From Chiloscyllium plagiosum (Eukaryota), in assembly GCF_004010195.1 (NCBI RefSeq), contig NC_057719.1, positions 86,994,274 through 87,058,273 of the forward strand: 64,000 bases of DNA, given 5' to 3'. Below, piece after piece: positions 35,613 through 49,971 of this stretch (its first letter is position 1; the number at the start of each line of letters is the position of its first letter). The translations under genes and the position numbers were made by a program. Below the pieces are notes generated by a model that did no database searches, was not told where the DNA came from, and was given only the letters and a program-made list of their open reading frames with translations.

Positions 35613-36959
35613 GGCTGATACCCCTCAGCCCAGCTCTGCAGTTTATCTATGCCCTTCTGTAATCTGCAACATTGTATGGTACTATCCACAACTCCACCAA
35701 CCTTAGGATCATCCACAAATTTACTAACCCAGCCTTCTATGCCCTCATCCCGGTCATTTATAAAAATGATAAACAGCAGTGACCCAAAACAGATCCTTGT
35801 GGTACACCAGTAGTAACTGAACTCCAGGATGAATATTTCCCATCAACCAGCACCCCCTCGTCTTTCAGCTAGCCAAAATCTGATCCAAACCACTAAATCC
35901 TCCTGAATCCCATGCCTCCGTGTTTTGTGCAATAGCCTACTTTGGGGAACCTTATCAACATCTTAGTGAAATCCCTATACACCACATCACGTCAACCGCT
36001 TTACCCTCAACCACCTATTTGGTCACCATCTCAAAGAGTTCAGTAAGGTTTGTGAGGCACGACGTGTCCTTCATAAAACATTGTTGATTATCCCTAATCA
36101 ACTTGATTCTTTCTAGATGATCAATCATATCTCTCATAATCCTTTCCAACACTTTACCCACAACCAAAGTACGGCTCACTGATGTATAATTACCCGGACT
36201 GTCCCTACTCCCCTTCCTGAACAAGAGGACAACACTTGCTATCATTTAGTCTTCTGGCACTATTCCTGTAGACAATGACAACGTAAAGATCAAAGCCAAA
36301 GGCTCTACGATCTCCTCCCTGGCTTCCTGGAATCCTGTGATAAATCCCATCTGCCCCAGGGGACTTAGCAATTCTGGAAAGTGTGAAAATAGCTAACTCC
36401 CCCTCCTTATGAACCTCAATCCCATCTGGTATAGTAGCCTGTATCTCCAGATTCTTGACGACAACGTTTTTTTTTCCCAGTGTGAATACTGATGTAAAAT
36501 ATTCATCTAGCACTTCCCCTATCTCCTCCGACTGCATGCGCAACTTCCCACTACTATCTTTGGCCCTAATTTCTCTCCAGTCATTCTTTTATTCCTGATA
36601 TTGTTTTTTCTGTCTCAGATAATCCTTTGGTGTGGATGCGTTCCCTTAATTTTCATCGTGAGCCTCCAGTATTGCACTTAAACAGCTGCAACCATAACTC
36701 GCTTAGCAAGCAGTAGTCCAGTAGTTCTGACTGGCAGTTTCAGGTTTAATGAGATATATGGAGATCTTCATGAAAATGTCTCCTTACAGAATACTGCTCC
36801 CAAAGAAAGATTCTGGAGAAAAGACAATATTCGCTAATAATTCCTGGGGATATGATTCTTAATGACCTACCTTGAGCGTACTTGGTTTCTCAGTGATTGT
36901 GATTCGAGGAAAAAGTGGGCTTCATTGTGCATGCAGCACACCAGTCCTTTATAGCCTGG

Positions 36960-39360
36960 TCCTTCAAGTAGATTATATTCCAGAGAGTTCAGTGAAATAT
37001 ATAAAATTTATTAAGATGGCTTGACAAACTAGATACCTGAAAAGCTATTTCATATGGAAGGACAGAAAGGAAGGAAAAGTTGGTGGGGAACCACTGTTAA
37101 TGAGAGATAAAATGAGGACAGTTGTGAGAGATGATCAAGGCTCTGATGTAGGCTCTGTTTGGTCAAGATAAGTAACAGCAAAGGCAATAAGATATTGGGA
37201 CGGATGCTGTATGGATTCCCCTCACACCAAAAATAAAAACAAAGCAGTAGCCATACTGGAGGAAAGGATATGAATCGATAAATAGGATCATGTTTAAAAA
37301 TAAAACAACAATCTCCAAATTAGTTGGATGAGTCAAGTTGGAAAAGATAGCTGTGGTAATGAATTCATTGAGGCTATTTGGGATAATTTCATAGACAAAT
37401 AAGTTATTGAGCCATCAAGGCTATCTTTAATCTAATGATTCATAATGAAGCAGGTATAATAAATGACCTCTGAGTAAAAGATGCCCTAGGTAGCAACATT
37501 CATAACATCGTAGAATTTAACATTCAATTTGACAGTGAGAAACTTATGTTGGAAATAACTGTTTAACTTTTAAGGGAATTGCAATGAAATGAAGGTAGAG
37601 TTAGCTAAAGCAGACTGGGCAGATAGATGAGCAGGCAAGACATAGGCAAGCAGTGGCAGACATTTAAGGAGGTAATTTATGACTTTGAACAAAGTGCATC
37701 CTAATAAGGAAAAAAGATTCTGAGAGGGATGAAACAACCGCAGCTAATCAATAAAGAATTCAACAGGGGAGGTCTAAAAAGGTAATGAAATGAGAAAATA
37801 AACTACATGGACAAACTAGTGAGGAATATGAAAAATGGCAATTAGAGCTTCATTTAACACTCAAAAACTAAGGTGGATCCCAAAGTGATCATCGGTCCCA
37901 TAGAAAATTAACCTGGGAGATGGTTGTGGTGAATTTAAAAATGGCACTGGAGTTAAGCAGACATTTTGCATCTGTTTTTACGCAGAGGATACTTTGAACA
38001 TGCTATTAATACTAAAGAATATGGAGAGGCATTCAGCACTTAGGCTATCTCATACTACTACTTTAGTCAATGAGGCTAAAAGCAGGTGCGCTTCTTCAAC
38101 ATGATGGCTTCCACCCTAGGATCTTAAAATAAGTAGCTACAGGGAAAAGTGGAAGAATTGATTATAATTTTCCAAAAATCCTTGGATTCTACAGAAATAC
38201 TGAAAAACTGTCAATATGGTATCCCTACTAAAAAGGCAGAAATTGGGTAATTATTGGTCAATTAAAATAACATCTATTGTGGGGGGGAAAATGTTGGAAT
38301 TACTTACTGAGGAAGTAATAGCACATTGGGAAATTCATAATCTAATCGAGCAGAATCAACATGGCTTCATGAAAGGAAAATTGTATCGACTAATTTACTT
38401 GCCTTTTGAGGAAGTCTCAAATGGTGGATAGAGAGAAACCAGTAGATTGTATTTGGACTTGCCGAAGGTGTTCAACAAGGTACCGCAAAACATTAAGTCA
38501 TAATCTAAGAGCTCATGTTGGAGGTATTTTTAGAGAATTGGCCAGTGAGCAACGTGATTAAATGAAAATGCAGGATGCGAACAGTTTAGAGAGGGATTGA
38601 TAGGTTAGATAAACAGGCAAAAATTTGTCAAATGGAGTAGAATGTGGAAAATGTGAAGTTACTCATTTTGGTGGAGAAGAACAGGATATGTTTTTTTAAA
38701 TGGAGGAAACTACGACACAAGGCCTTGGGTACTTGTGCACTAAGAAAGCAGGTGCACAGGTGCAGCGTTTAGGAAGGCTAGCTAAATGGAATATTGGCTC
38801 TCCTTTCAAGAGGGCTGGAGTATGAGAGTAGGGAAGTCTTCCTGCAACTGTACAAAGTGTTGGTGAAATCTGGAGTACTGTATTATTTCATTAGAGACAG
38901 TTCAAAGAAGGTTCTCTAGGATGATGCCGCTGTGGAGAGATTGTCTTATGAGCAAAGGTTAAACAGTTTGGGGGTCTGCTCACTGGAATTTTGAAGAATG
39001 AGAAAGGATCTCTTTGACACATGGGATTGACAGGGTAAATACTCAGAAGATGTTTTCCCTCATGAGAGAGCCTAGGATAGGACGACGTTGCCTTAGAATA
39101 AAGGGGTGCCAATGTAAGACTGAGATGAAGAATTTCTTCTCTGAAGGTTGTCTCTTTGGAACTCCTTGCTCCAGAGAGCTGTGGGGGAAGAGTCTTTGTG
39201 TATATTTTAAAGCTGAGATGGATTCTGGATCAGTCAGAGAATCAAGGTTTTTTGGGGAAGTGCAAGAATGTGATCATGAGGAATGTCATCAACTGTGATC
39301 CTGTTGAATGGTTGTGCAGGCTCAGGAGGCATAATGGCTTGCTCCTGTTCCTTATTTTTT
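36960..39360 (+). mobile_element. Old degenerate CR1 ORF2
   Basis: NQHGFMKGK and other RT remnants; CR1 tail near 39330. Confidence 0.75.
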
Positions 39361-40209
39361 ACATAATATGAAAATTTTGCGTTTGAATGATGTTTCAGAG
39401 TCTGTACCTTTTTTTATTCCCCTGTTTGAAATTTACCGATTGAAGCTTTTTTGCTCCATGCTGTTGTTGCCAAGAATTTGCATAAAGAGTATTCAGTTCC
39501 TCTGCCCCAAATGTCTAGATTAAACAGACAGGAGAGCATCAATCACCAAGCCTTTGGTGCTTTGACTTTGTAATGCACAGAAAACCTAGGCTTCAAATTT
39601 TTTAAAGAAACTAGGAGTTTGTAGGCTTGGTAAAATGACACAAACCTCTTAAAAATCTCATTGTCAACTGTCCTTGTCAAAGCCTATACTAAGACCATAA
39701 AACCATGTTTCATACTCCTTAATCTCCATGGTCACCCATGCCTGTATGTGCTCTAAACCACAAAGCAGGTAGAAGTGTTTAGGATATAAGGACAAAGTAG
39801 AAAACCTGGGATTTGAATTTACGCACAGTTTGGTCTTGACACTAGGCTGTGATTGCACACCAGCACTACATAACACATCCTTTCACACTTGCCAGCAATT
39901 AAAAATTGATGCCTAAACATGTTTATGTAATGTGACTTGGCAAATTTGCCTTGTTTCACAAAATGCATCCAATGAAACAAATAAAATAAGAAAACCAGCT
40001 GCACCCTGTTCTCAGCACTGAACATTCATTGCAACTGTTATATAGAAAGTGAATCGATGATTCAGAACAGTTCACCCAAGGAATCCCTTCAGCCCATCAT
40101 GATTGTATTGGCTTTTTTTTATCAAGCTATGCAATTAATCCCTTTCCCCATAATTTTCTCATGTAATTTTTCTTTGCATTGAAATGTATGCACAATTCTC
40201 TTTAAAGGG

Positions 40210-40520
40210 AGAGGCACTGACAAAGTAGGTAGTGTTATTATGCTACTAATCCAGAACACCAGATTAATGTTTCTGGGACGTGGGTTTGAAACCCACCATG
40301 GTTGATGGTGAAATGTGAATTCAATAAGAAAATCTGGGATATAAATCTAACCCATAGTCATCCATGTAACCATTATAGGTTGTCATAACCCATCTGGTTC
40401 ACTAATTTTCTTCAGGGAAGGAACTGTGCCATTCAGACCTAATCTGGCTTACGTAAGACTCTGAAAACTAAGCAGTATGGTTGACTGTTAACTGGCTTTT
40501 GAAGTGGCCAAGCAAGCCAC
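40210..40520 (+). mobile_element. tRNA-derived SINE (family B-related)
   Basis: gggtttgaaacccaccatgg...gaattcaataa...ctggttcactaat. Confidence 0.7.
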
Positions 40521-41962
40521 TCAGTTGTATCTAAGTACTGTAGCAAATGTGAGGTGAGAACTTTTTCACACGTTCATTTGAGGTATCCAAGGGGGCATTG
40601 AATGATTTAAAGAGAAGGGCTGGAAAGTGACACTAAATCTTGATGCTTGTACAGAAATCCAATGCAGACATACTAGCCAGGCGGCTCCTTTGTGTCATAA
40701 CACGTCTTTGAATTTGTGAATGTTGCTCAAGCATCTTTATAATAACTTTTCAGATCACAAAAAAACTTTTTAAACTTTTAGTTCTTTTGCTTTTCTCAGT
40801 TCTCTGTATACCCTTTCCAAATGTATCTTTCTATTTCTCTCTTACGGTTTGATGTGAGTGATGACCCCCGAGCCAAATTAGTTTGGAAGGCATGCAGACT
40901 GCAAGATACTGAGTAAGCTATCCCTAGCCATGGTGAATTTCTGGATAGAAGCTTTAACTCTGGAGTTATTCAACCCAAGAATGATCAAAAGCATAGGTGT
41001 GCAACCTTTTTCCCTTGATATTCTGTGATCGCTTTTTAAGGGGTTGGTAAACAGTTTGGTCTTTACAGACCCAGATACACAGCTGGTGACCAATATGTAA
41101 AAATTAATGATCGCTGACCCTGAAACTAGCTACACCTCAACAGAACTCTTGTGTAACGTGTAGGTTGTAAAAAAGGCTGTTAGAGAATCTGCCAAACAGG
41201 AGATTATCCTTGTGTCGGGAATTCAAGTTGAGAGTATTTTTCTCTCGTTTTCCTGATCCCACAACCTTCTCGATGAGTTATTCGGTCCGTCTCAGCGCAG
41301 AGAACACAGTGTAACAGATAAAAATTGTGTTGAAATCTTATTTTATGTACCTGCATGTATACATGGTCATTTACAGTCTTTTATGCTTTGTGTAGTTTAC
41401 ATTCTTGCCTTTTACCCACAGGTCTTTGCATTTCACCTATCACAGATGTACTCTGTGAATAGAGCACTCACAAGCTAGATCCTGGGTGCCCTGATGGAGT
41501 GTCCCACCCAACTGAGAACCTGTTCTCCCTCAGATACTGAGAGTACTGTCGTGATTATTCCGTCATACACAATTTTAGTTTTGTTTGGCAGTTTTTAACA
41601 TTTTTTCTTCTTCTTGTCCAAGTTTGTTGCTCTTGTTTTTTTTAAATTTCTTGATGACTGACTTCACACCAGGCCTGAGTGTCCTAAATCTTAAAACATA
41701 CCAGTCAGATTTTCCTTTGAAATATTGGTCCCTATACTCTGAACATTGGTGACGATTGTTTACTTAGTATGGTAATGCCTTAAGGAATTCTGTTCTCCTC
41801 CCTTTGTGCTTTGCCAGTTCAAGCTTGCTTTATGAAATCTCCAATGTTTCCTTTTCAGTCATGATTTCAGTTTCCCATTTTCACCTGACCATGCCCCTCT
41901 TCTCTCCTCAAACTCAGTGTATGTCATTTGCCTTTCTTCTTAACTGCAAAATCATTTTTATA

Positions 41963-43850
41963 ATCAAAGTTATATAGTACACAAACAGACCCTTTGGTCC
42001 AACTCATCCATGTCAACCAGATAGTGGGGTTTAAATAAAGTCATAGAGATGTCCAGGGTCCCAGGTTTGATTCCAGCCTCAGGCATCTGTCTGTCTGGAG
42101 TTTGTACATTCTCCCCGTGTCTGCGTGGGTTTCCTCCGGGTGCTCCGGTTTCCTCCCACAGTCACAAAGATGTGCAGGTCAGGTGAATTGGCCATGCTAA
42201 ATTGCCCGTAGTGTTAGGTAAGGGGTAAATGTAGGGGTATGGGTGGGTTGCGCTTCGGCGGGTCGGTGTGGACTTGTTGGGCCGAAGGGCCTGTTTCCAC
42301 ACTGTAATGTAATCTAATCTAATCATATCCTAAATTAATTCAGTCATGCTTGCCAGCTTTAGCCCCATGTCCGCCTGAACTATTCCTGCTCACGTACCCA
42401 TCCAGATGCCTTTTAAATGTTGTAATTGTACCAGCCTTCTCCACTTCCTCTAGCAGCTTGTAGCATATACACACCACTCACTGTGTGAAAAAGTTGCCCC
42501 TTGGGTCCTGTTTAAATTTTCCCTTCTCACTTTATATCTATGCCCTCCAGTTTTGGACTTCCCTACCCTGGAGATGAAAAACCTTGACTGTTGGCACTGT
42601 CCATGCTCTTTACGATTTTATCAACCTCTCTAAGGTCACCACTCAGCCTACAACATTCTAGAGGGAAAATGCACCACCTATTCAACCTTTCCTTATAGCT
42701 TAAACCCTCCAATCCTGGCAATATCCTTGTAAATCTTTTCTGAACCCTTTTAAAGTTACACATCATTTTTGCTACAGCAGGGAGATTGAACTTAGTATTC
42801 GAAAAGTGGCCTTACCAATGTCCTGTTCAGCCACAAGATGATATTCCAACATCTGTACTCCATGCACTGACCAATGAAGGCAAGCATGTCAAATGCCTTC
42901 TTTACCATCCATCATTTTGCAATTCTATTTTTAAGGAACTATGCAGCTGCACCCTTTGGCCTCTTTGGCCGGCAACACTCCCCAAGACCTTACCATTAAC
43001 TGTAATCATCCCCTGATTTGCCTTACCAAAAGCAATGCCTTTCATTTATCCAGATTAAACTCCATCTGCCACTCTTTGGTCTGTTGGTTCATCTGACCAA
43101 GGTCATGTTGTACTCTGAGGTAACCTTCTTTGTTGTCCAATGTTTGCTTCATCTGCAGACTTAGCAACCCCATACCTGTTATGTTCATATCCAAATCATT
43201 TAAATAAATAATTAAAAGCAGTGGACCTCGCACCAATCCTTGTGGCACACCACTGGTCACTGCCTCCAATCCAAAAAGCAATCCTCCAGCACCATCCTGT
43301 CACTTACCTTTGAGCCAATTTTGTATCCAGTTGGCTTGCTTCACTGGGATTCCATTGATCTAACCTCGCTAACTAGTCTACTCATATGGAATCTTGTTGA
43401 ATGTCTTGCTGAAGTACTGAGAAAACATTGTCTACCGCTCTGCCTTTAACTATATTTGTCACTTCAAGAAACTTAATCAAGTTAGTGAGACCAGATTCCC
43501 AATGCTGACTATTTCTAATCAGTCCTTGCCTTTCCAAATGAACGTAAATCCTGTCCCTCAGAATTCCCTGCAACAACTTAGCCAGTACTGAAGTTTGGCT
43601 CACCAGTCTAGTTACCTGGCATTCTTTGCCACCTTTCTTAAATAACGGCACCATAATAGCCAACCTCTAGTCTTATGGCATGTCACCCATGGCTATTAAT
43701 GATACAGATATCTCAGCAAAGGGCCTAGCAATCTCTTCCCTTGCTTTTTACAGAGTCTGGATGCACTTTATCAGGTCCCAGGGATTTATCCACCTAGATG
43801 CATTTTAAGATGTCCAGCACCACCTCTTCTGCAATATGGGCACTTTTCAC
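41963..43850 (-). mobile_element. CR1 (RT to 3' end) with a V-SINE inserted near its tail
   Basis: GVPQGLVRGPLL; RVQKRFTRILPGLEGLSYKERL. Confidence 0.87.
42053..42323 (+). mobile_element. Young 5'-truncated V-SINE
   Basis: Intact V-domain; near-identical to 2856-3092; (aatct)n tail. Confidence 0.92.
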
Positions 43851-44695
43851 GATAGCAGCATTTATATCAAGCTGAAGCCAAGGTTTGGGGATGTGCAGGA
43901 AGGTAAAGTGGTAGATGAGGTAGACAAATGTAGTTGGGCAGGTGGACGGTCATCTGAGGTAAGAGGGGTTGAGATTGGAGTGGAGCCATTTGAGTTGGGA
44001 GAGGGGCAAGTGAATCCAGGGGTGATGAGGATGTGGGCTATGGTGGAATTATTTCTTGTAATCTCAAAAGACAACTTATAAGTTTATTATTGTCCTCTAT
44101 TTTGTGCAATCTCTCCAACATTGAATTGTAGATAGGACATTTTAAGGGTCGCGTCTTGGTTCTCTGGTGCTGAGCTTGCAGTAGTTGCACATCTTATCTG
44201 AATGTCCAGGTCAGTGTTTCTTAACCCTCTACATCTTAGATGTCACCAGGCATTTTGTCAAAGTTGTCCCATAGTGGAGCGATCGGTGACCAGGTGACGT
44301 GATTTAAAGTAAAGGGTAGGTGGTTTAGAGGGAATGTAAGGAAACCGCTTTTCACCCCAAGGGTGATGGCACCTACAAGCTCCCTGTCTTTCAGGGATAT
44401 CACTGCAGTACCATCTGTATCCAAATGTCCTTGCTGTTTTCCACTGACAATTGAGTAGCAAATATATATCTTAATTCTTAGCTTCATGCCTTTTTATTTC
44501 ATTGTTTATTTTTATAATTCTCCCCCCATCTTGATAGATTTCACATTTAGACAGAGGGATGTACCCCATTGGTTGAGTAGCACTGTTCTCGGTAACTAGC
44601 AAGGTGAACTTGGCACTTTTTACCAATCTGAACCCCAGTGGGGAAATTACCATGTACTCTTATGATTTTATTGTGTGTTATTCTCTGTTTTGCAG

Positions 44696-44763
44696 ATAGT
44701 GAATACTATAAAGCACAGGCATTGAAGAATGCAGAGGATGCCTTTCGAGTGCAGCAAGCCAAA
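44696..44763 (+). CDS. INO80: INO80 coding exon 10 (DSEYYKAQALKNAEDAFRVQQAK)
   Basis: ttttgcag acceptor; AAA|gtgagt; phase 1 to 0. Confidence 0.94.
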
Positions 44764-45277
44764 GTGAGTGGCTCAGGTTTTCATTATGTTGATTGTGTTC
44801 CACTTGTTACTCTCCTAGCCCAGTCCCTGGCATGCAGAACATTTTTCATGCTAATGAATTTTGTTTTGTTTTGTGCTATAATTTCACCTGATCTGTTTTG
44901 AAGCAGTACAGGATATAAATTTGTGCAAGTTCACTGATCAGGGTTATATGGGTACTTGAAAGTGAACTTCATATGCACTTGGGGCACCAGTTGTTAGCAT
45001 GAGGCACTTACTTATTTGTTATAACAGCTAAATGCCACCACCTTTATTCTGCTGCAACAAAACATTGTTGCTTCAATTGTAAGAATTCATTCTACTCCCT
45101 TATGACATTGACCGCAGAATTACAATATACAAGTTAGTTTACTGTTTTACATTCAAGCAGAGGGTTTGCTTGTGCCTTTTAACTCTGACTTCTCCAGAAC
45201 ATTGGGTGAGATTGCCTTCACTCACCAGCCAAAGTTATTGTAGCAAATGAGTGACACCCTACCCATTCCAGGAATTA

Positions 45278-45822
45278 GTTGGTAGACCTTCTGAGAATGT
45301 TGGTTTGGCCACAGTTAGAATTATGTTTGCAGTTTTGGAATCCACATTATCGGAGGGTTGTGATAGCAGTGGGGAGGGTGCAGGGGAGGTTTACCAGAAT
45401 GTTGTTTGGGCTGGAAAGTTTCAGTCATGAAGAAAGATGGGATAAAAGAAAGATTGCGGTTGGTTTCTTGGGAACAGAGGAGACTGAGGCAGAATATAAT
45501 ACGTATAAAATTTCCCCATAGTGGAGCGATCAATGATCAGGAGATGACGATTTAAATTAAGGAGCAGGAGGTTTAAAGGGAATGTAAGGAACTACCTTTT
45601 CACCCAGAGGGTGGTGAAAATCTGGAATTCGCTGACTGCAAGGGTGGGAGAGGCAGAAACCCTGATAACATTTAAGAAGTATTTAGATGTGCTCTTGCGA
45701 TGCCAAGTCATGTGAGACTGCCATCTGCTGGAAAATGAGATTACAAAAGTTAGGTGGTTGGTTTTTACTGGCATGGGCGTGAAGGGACCAAGAACCTTTT
45801 CATGTGTTGTAGACCTCTAACT
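45278..45822 (+). mobile_element. CR1 3' fragment
   Basis: LVWPQLELCLQFWNPHY..VQGRFTRML. Confidence 0.8.
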
Positions 45823-46112
45823 CTGCATCCAATGCATTTGCATACTTCCTTTAATAAGGAGACTGATACTGAGGTGGAGCTTCAAGGAAGAATTGTATTG
45901 GACTCCAGACATTAACTGTTTCTCTGTCCGCAGATACAGCCAGATCTGCTGAATTTCTCCAGCATTTTCTCTGTTCCTCCCACTTGATTACCATTTCAAC
46001 TACCACCTTGAACGTTCATTCCCTTCATTACCACACAGTGGTAGCAGTGTGTGCTATTTACAAGATGCACTGCAGCAACTCTCAAAAGCTCCTTTAGCAG
46101 CAACTTTAAATA

Positions 46113-47770
46113 AAGTCATAGAGATGTCCAGCACAGAAACAGGCCCTTCTGTGCAACTTGTTCATGCCAACCAGGTTCATGCTAACCTAACCTCCCAGCA
46201 CCTAGCCCATATCCCTCTAAACCCTTCCTATTCATATATCCATCCAAATATCTTTGAAATATTGTAATTGTACCAGCCTCCACCACTTCCTTTGGCAGCT
46301 CATTCCATACACGCACCACCCTCAGTATGAGAAAGTTGCCCCTTAAGTCCCTTTTAAATCTTTCTTCTCTCACCCTAAACCTATGCCTACTTGTTCTGGA
46401 CTAGGGCAAAGACTCTGTCTATTTATCCTATCCATGACCCTCATGATTTTGTAAACCTCTATAAGGTCGCCCCTGAGCCTTTGACACTCCAGGAAAAACA
46501 GCCCCAGCCTATTCAGCCTCTCCCTATAACTCAAATCCTGGTAACATCCTTGTAAATCTTTTCTGAACCCTGTCAAGTTTTACAACATCTTTCCAATAGG
46601 AGGAAGACCAGAATTGCACGCAATATTCCAACAGTGGCCAGACCAATGTCCTGTACAGCCGCAACATGACCTCCCAATTCCTGTACTTAATACTCTGACC
46701 AATAAAGGAAAGTGTACCAAACACAGCCTTCAATATCATACCTACCTGTGACTGCACTTTCAAGGAATTATGAACCTGCACCCCAAGGTCTGTTTGTTCA
46801 GCCACACTCCCCAGGAACTTAATATTAAGTGTATAAGTCCTGCTCTGATTTGCCTTTCCAAAATGCAGCACCTCACATTTATCTAAATTAAACTTCATCT
46901 GCCACTCCTCAGCCCAATGACACATCCGATCGTGATCCTGTTGTAGTCTGAGGTAACCTCTTTGCTGTCCACTGCACCTCCAGTTTTGGTGTCCTCTGCA
47001 AACTATACCTCTTATGTTCACGTCCGAATTATTTATATAAATGACGAAAAGCAGTGGATCCAGCACTAATCCTTGTGGCACACCACTGGTCACAGGCCTC
47101 CAATCTGAAAAACAAATCTCCACCACCACTGCCTTCAACCTTTGAGCCAGTTCTGTATCCAAATGGCTAGTTTTCTGTGTATTCTATGATCTAACCTTGC
47201 TAACCAGTCTACTGTGAGGAACCTTGTCAAATGCCTTACTCAAGTCCATACAGATAATGTCCACAGCTTTGTCCTCATAAATCCACTTTGTTACTACTTC
47301 AAAAAACTCAAATCACATTCATGAGACATGATTTCCTGTGCACAAAACCATGTTGACTCTCCTTAATCCCTAATACTTGCCTTTCCAAATGCGTGGAAAT
47401 CCTATGCCTCCGCATAGCCGACAATAACTTGCCCACCATCGATATCAGGCTCATCAGTTTATAATTCACTGGCTTTTCCTTACCATCCTTCCTTAAATAG
47501 TGGCATCACGTTAGCCAACCTCCAGTTTGCCAACACCTCACCTGTGATTACCACAGATAGAAATAGCTCAACAAGGGGACCATTAATCACTTCCCCAGCT
47601 TCCCACAGAGTTGTGGGTACATCGGATCAGGTCCTGGGGATTTATCCACTTGTTGGTGTTTTCAGACATCCAGCACCACCTCTGTAATATGGGCATTTTT
47701 CAAGATATCACCATCTATTTCCCCACATTCTATTTCTTCCATGTCCTTCTCCACAGTAAACACTGCAAAA
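46113..47770 (-). mobile_element. CR1 (RT to 3' end), inserted into a second-family LINE remnant (45975-46104 + 47860-48090)
   Basis: [41 protein letters not shown]. Confidence 0.9.
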
Positions 47771-49247
47771 TAATTTAGCCAGTGGAGGCTTTTCATTCTA
47801 ATCTTTGCTCACACTTACCTAACATAGTTGAGCAGAGAACAAAAACAAACATTTAAATGCCACTATCAGTAAGTTCCCCTTCAAGCCATCAGCCATGCTG
47901 ATTTGGAACTATTTCACTGTTCCTTTTGGTGCCACTGGTCCAAAATCCTGGAACTCCTTCCCTCACAGCACTGTGGATGTTTCTACACCTCAAGGGTGTC
48001 AGCAGATCCAGAAGGCAGCTCTTCTCGGGGCATTTGGGGATGTGCAATAAATGCTGGCCTAGTCAGTAATACCCATATTCTGTGAACAAAGTCAAAGACA
48101 AATTCTTTGGCAATTTCATTTTAAACCTTTCTGTAGTCTAAGAGACTACCGTTCACTTCTACCTCCTTGCCGTTTGCAAGCCATTTGTACAGCACTTTAT
48201 CGTGTACCTTTGGAAATATGTAGGCGACCAGTTATAATGCCAAGAAACAAATATTAAAATGATTGAAGCTTAGTTTAAAAACAGATTAGGTCTTCAGGTG
48301 GGAGAAGGGAGAAATGGAGAGGTGGACATAAGAGGTGTTGCAAAGAGTGCACTTAAGTGATACAGAGGCTCAAGGTTGGAGCTTTGCAAATTTGGAGTTA
48401 AAAGAAGAACAGAAAGCAAGGAGGGAAATTTTAAGGCAGTGAATAGGTTGGAAGGCAGGTTGGCAGGTGGAGGACTTTAATGTATTGCGGACAGAGAATC
48501 AATCTAAGTCTGAGATGGGGATGATATGCAGAAGAGAGGCAATGTTGATAAGGATGAGATGAAGTTTGTAGAGAATGAAAACCCATTGGGAAATACAAGG
48601 ATTATGGCTAAAAGATTATCCACATCTTGTAAGCTGTGTTTGCCTTATTCCAGGGAGGAGGATATTTTCCTGCACTTGTGCCGTGTGTCAAATTATATTG
48701 ATACCGTTAATCTTGTGGGCAGTGAAACTTTCCGTTGCATCAGCTGATGTTCATATGTCCTTATTGGAAAATAGCACTTTGGTACAATAGGAGAGGATTA
48801 AACTGGCTTTTGTGTCTTATGGAAGGGATTTGCTTATGCCATGTTCATTTTGTTGGTTTGTTGTTCTGTTCTTGGACTTTCTATGTTAATGAACAATGTT
48901 TGTAACTTAGAAAATTATACCTAGCTGCTGTAATAGATTTTGTTTTTGTTCTCTGCTCAACTATGTTAGGTAAGTGTGAGCAAAGATTAGAATGAAAAGC
49001 CTCCACTGGCTAAATGAGATTATAACTGAATCTGTGGTGGAAGATGTGGATTCTGAGTTTTTAATCTCTCTCCGATGCTTTATTGCACCAGCAGGCAGTG
49101 TGACAACAGACCACCATTCTAATTCGTGCACTGAATATCTTGCTATAGATGGTAGTATCCACAACTATACTAAGTTCAGAATAAGTTCTTAAAACTGCAG
49201 TCCTTGATATCACAGTTGACCACCATTGTATGCACTTTTGCTTTCAG

Positions 49248-49457
49248 ACCAGATTGTTCGATGAGGAAGCAAAGGAGAGCCGCATGGCTGCATTGCGGGC
49301 AGCCAATGAGTCGGGGACTGGTTTCGGGGAGAGTTACAGCTTGGCCAACCCTTCCATTCGGGCTGGTGAAGACATTCCTCAGCCTTCCATGTTCAATGGC
49401 AAGCTCAAAGCCTACCAACTGAAAGGCATGAATTGGCTGGCTAACCTTTATGAGCAG
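49248..49457 (+). CDS. INO80: INO80 coding exon 11 (TRLFDEE...[19 protein letters not shown])
   Basis: ctttcag acceptor; CAG|gtaaa; SNF2 Q-motif. Confidence 0.96.
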
Positions 49458-49890
49458 GTAAAATCTGTGTGCACATGACTGAGATTCTTCTCTTCAGTAT
49501 TGGCAAGAGTCTCATTGGCCACACCATTGTGCATGATAGGCTATGTGGCTTGACAGTGGGGAGAAAGAGTCAGTAATTTTCAATGACTAGTATGATGCAC
49601 TCAAGACCATTTGGTCACTTGCCAGTAGCATTGATCTGAAGGGTTTTCTTTTCATGCCTCATTTCCAAACTCTCAATTTCTCATTGTATGGCACAGGATT
49701 TTGGTAGCTCATCAACCTTAACAGCTAGTTCCAAACTTTGGGATATCATTACTTGTATCCTTATGTACTATTTCATAGCACCTGTTTAAATGGAGATCTG
49801 GCTGCCTTAACTGTGAATACCTGTCTGATATGAATTCACATGTCTGTCTCCATATGGCTTGATCTTGATTTAAATTTTCTTTGCTTTCAG

Positions 49891-49971
49891 GGTATCAATG
49901 GAATTCTGGCTGATGAGATGGGACTTGGGAAGACAGTACAGAGCATTGCTTTCTTGGCACATTTAGCTGAG
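49891..49971 (+). CDS. INO80: INO80 coding exon 12, Walker A ([27 protein letters not shown])
   Basis: SNF2 motif I; canonical splice sites. Confidence 0.97.

Larger units (their letters stand above)
30219..36600 (-). mobile_element. Outer CR1 in pieces (~30219-30257, 34005-34715, 35615-36600) hosting two further CR1 insertions
   Basis: The pieces join into a collinear CR1 3' tail and ORF2 once the inserts are removed. Confidence 0.8.

Noticed and set aside
44268..45615. Similar ~100-bp CR1 segments on both sides of coding exon 10
   Set aside because: Direct orientation and moderately diverged; most simply two independent CR1 fragments.
46524..47162. 212-aa and similar RT-like ORFs as domesticated genes
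   Set aside because: They are frameshifted and stop-interrupted, and collinear with ordinary CR1 copies.
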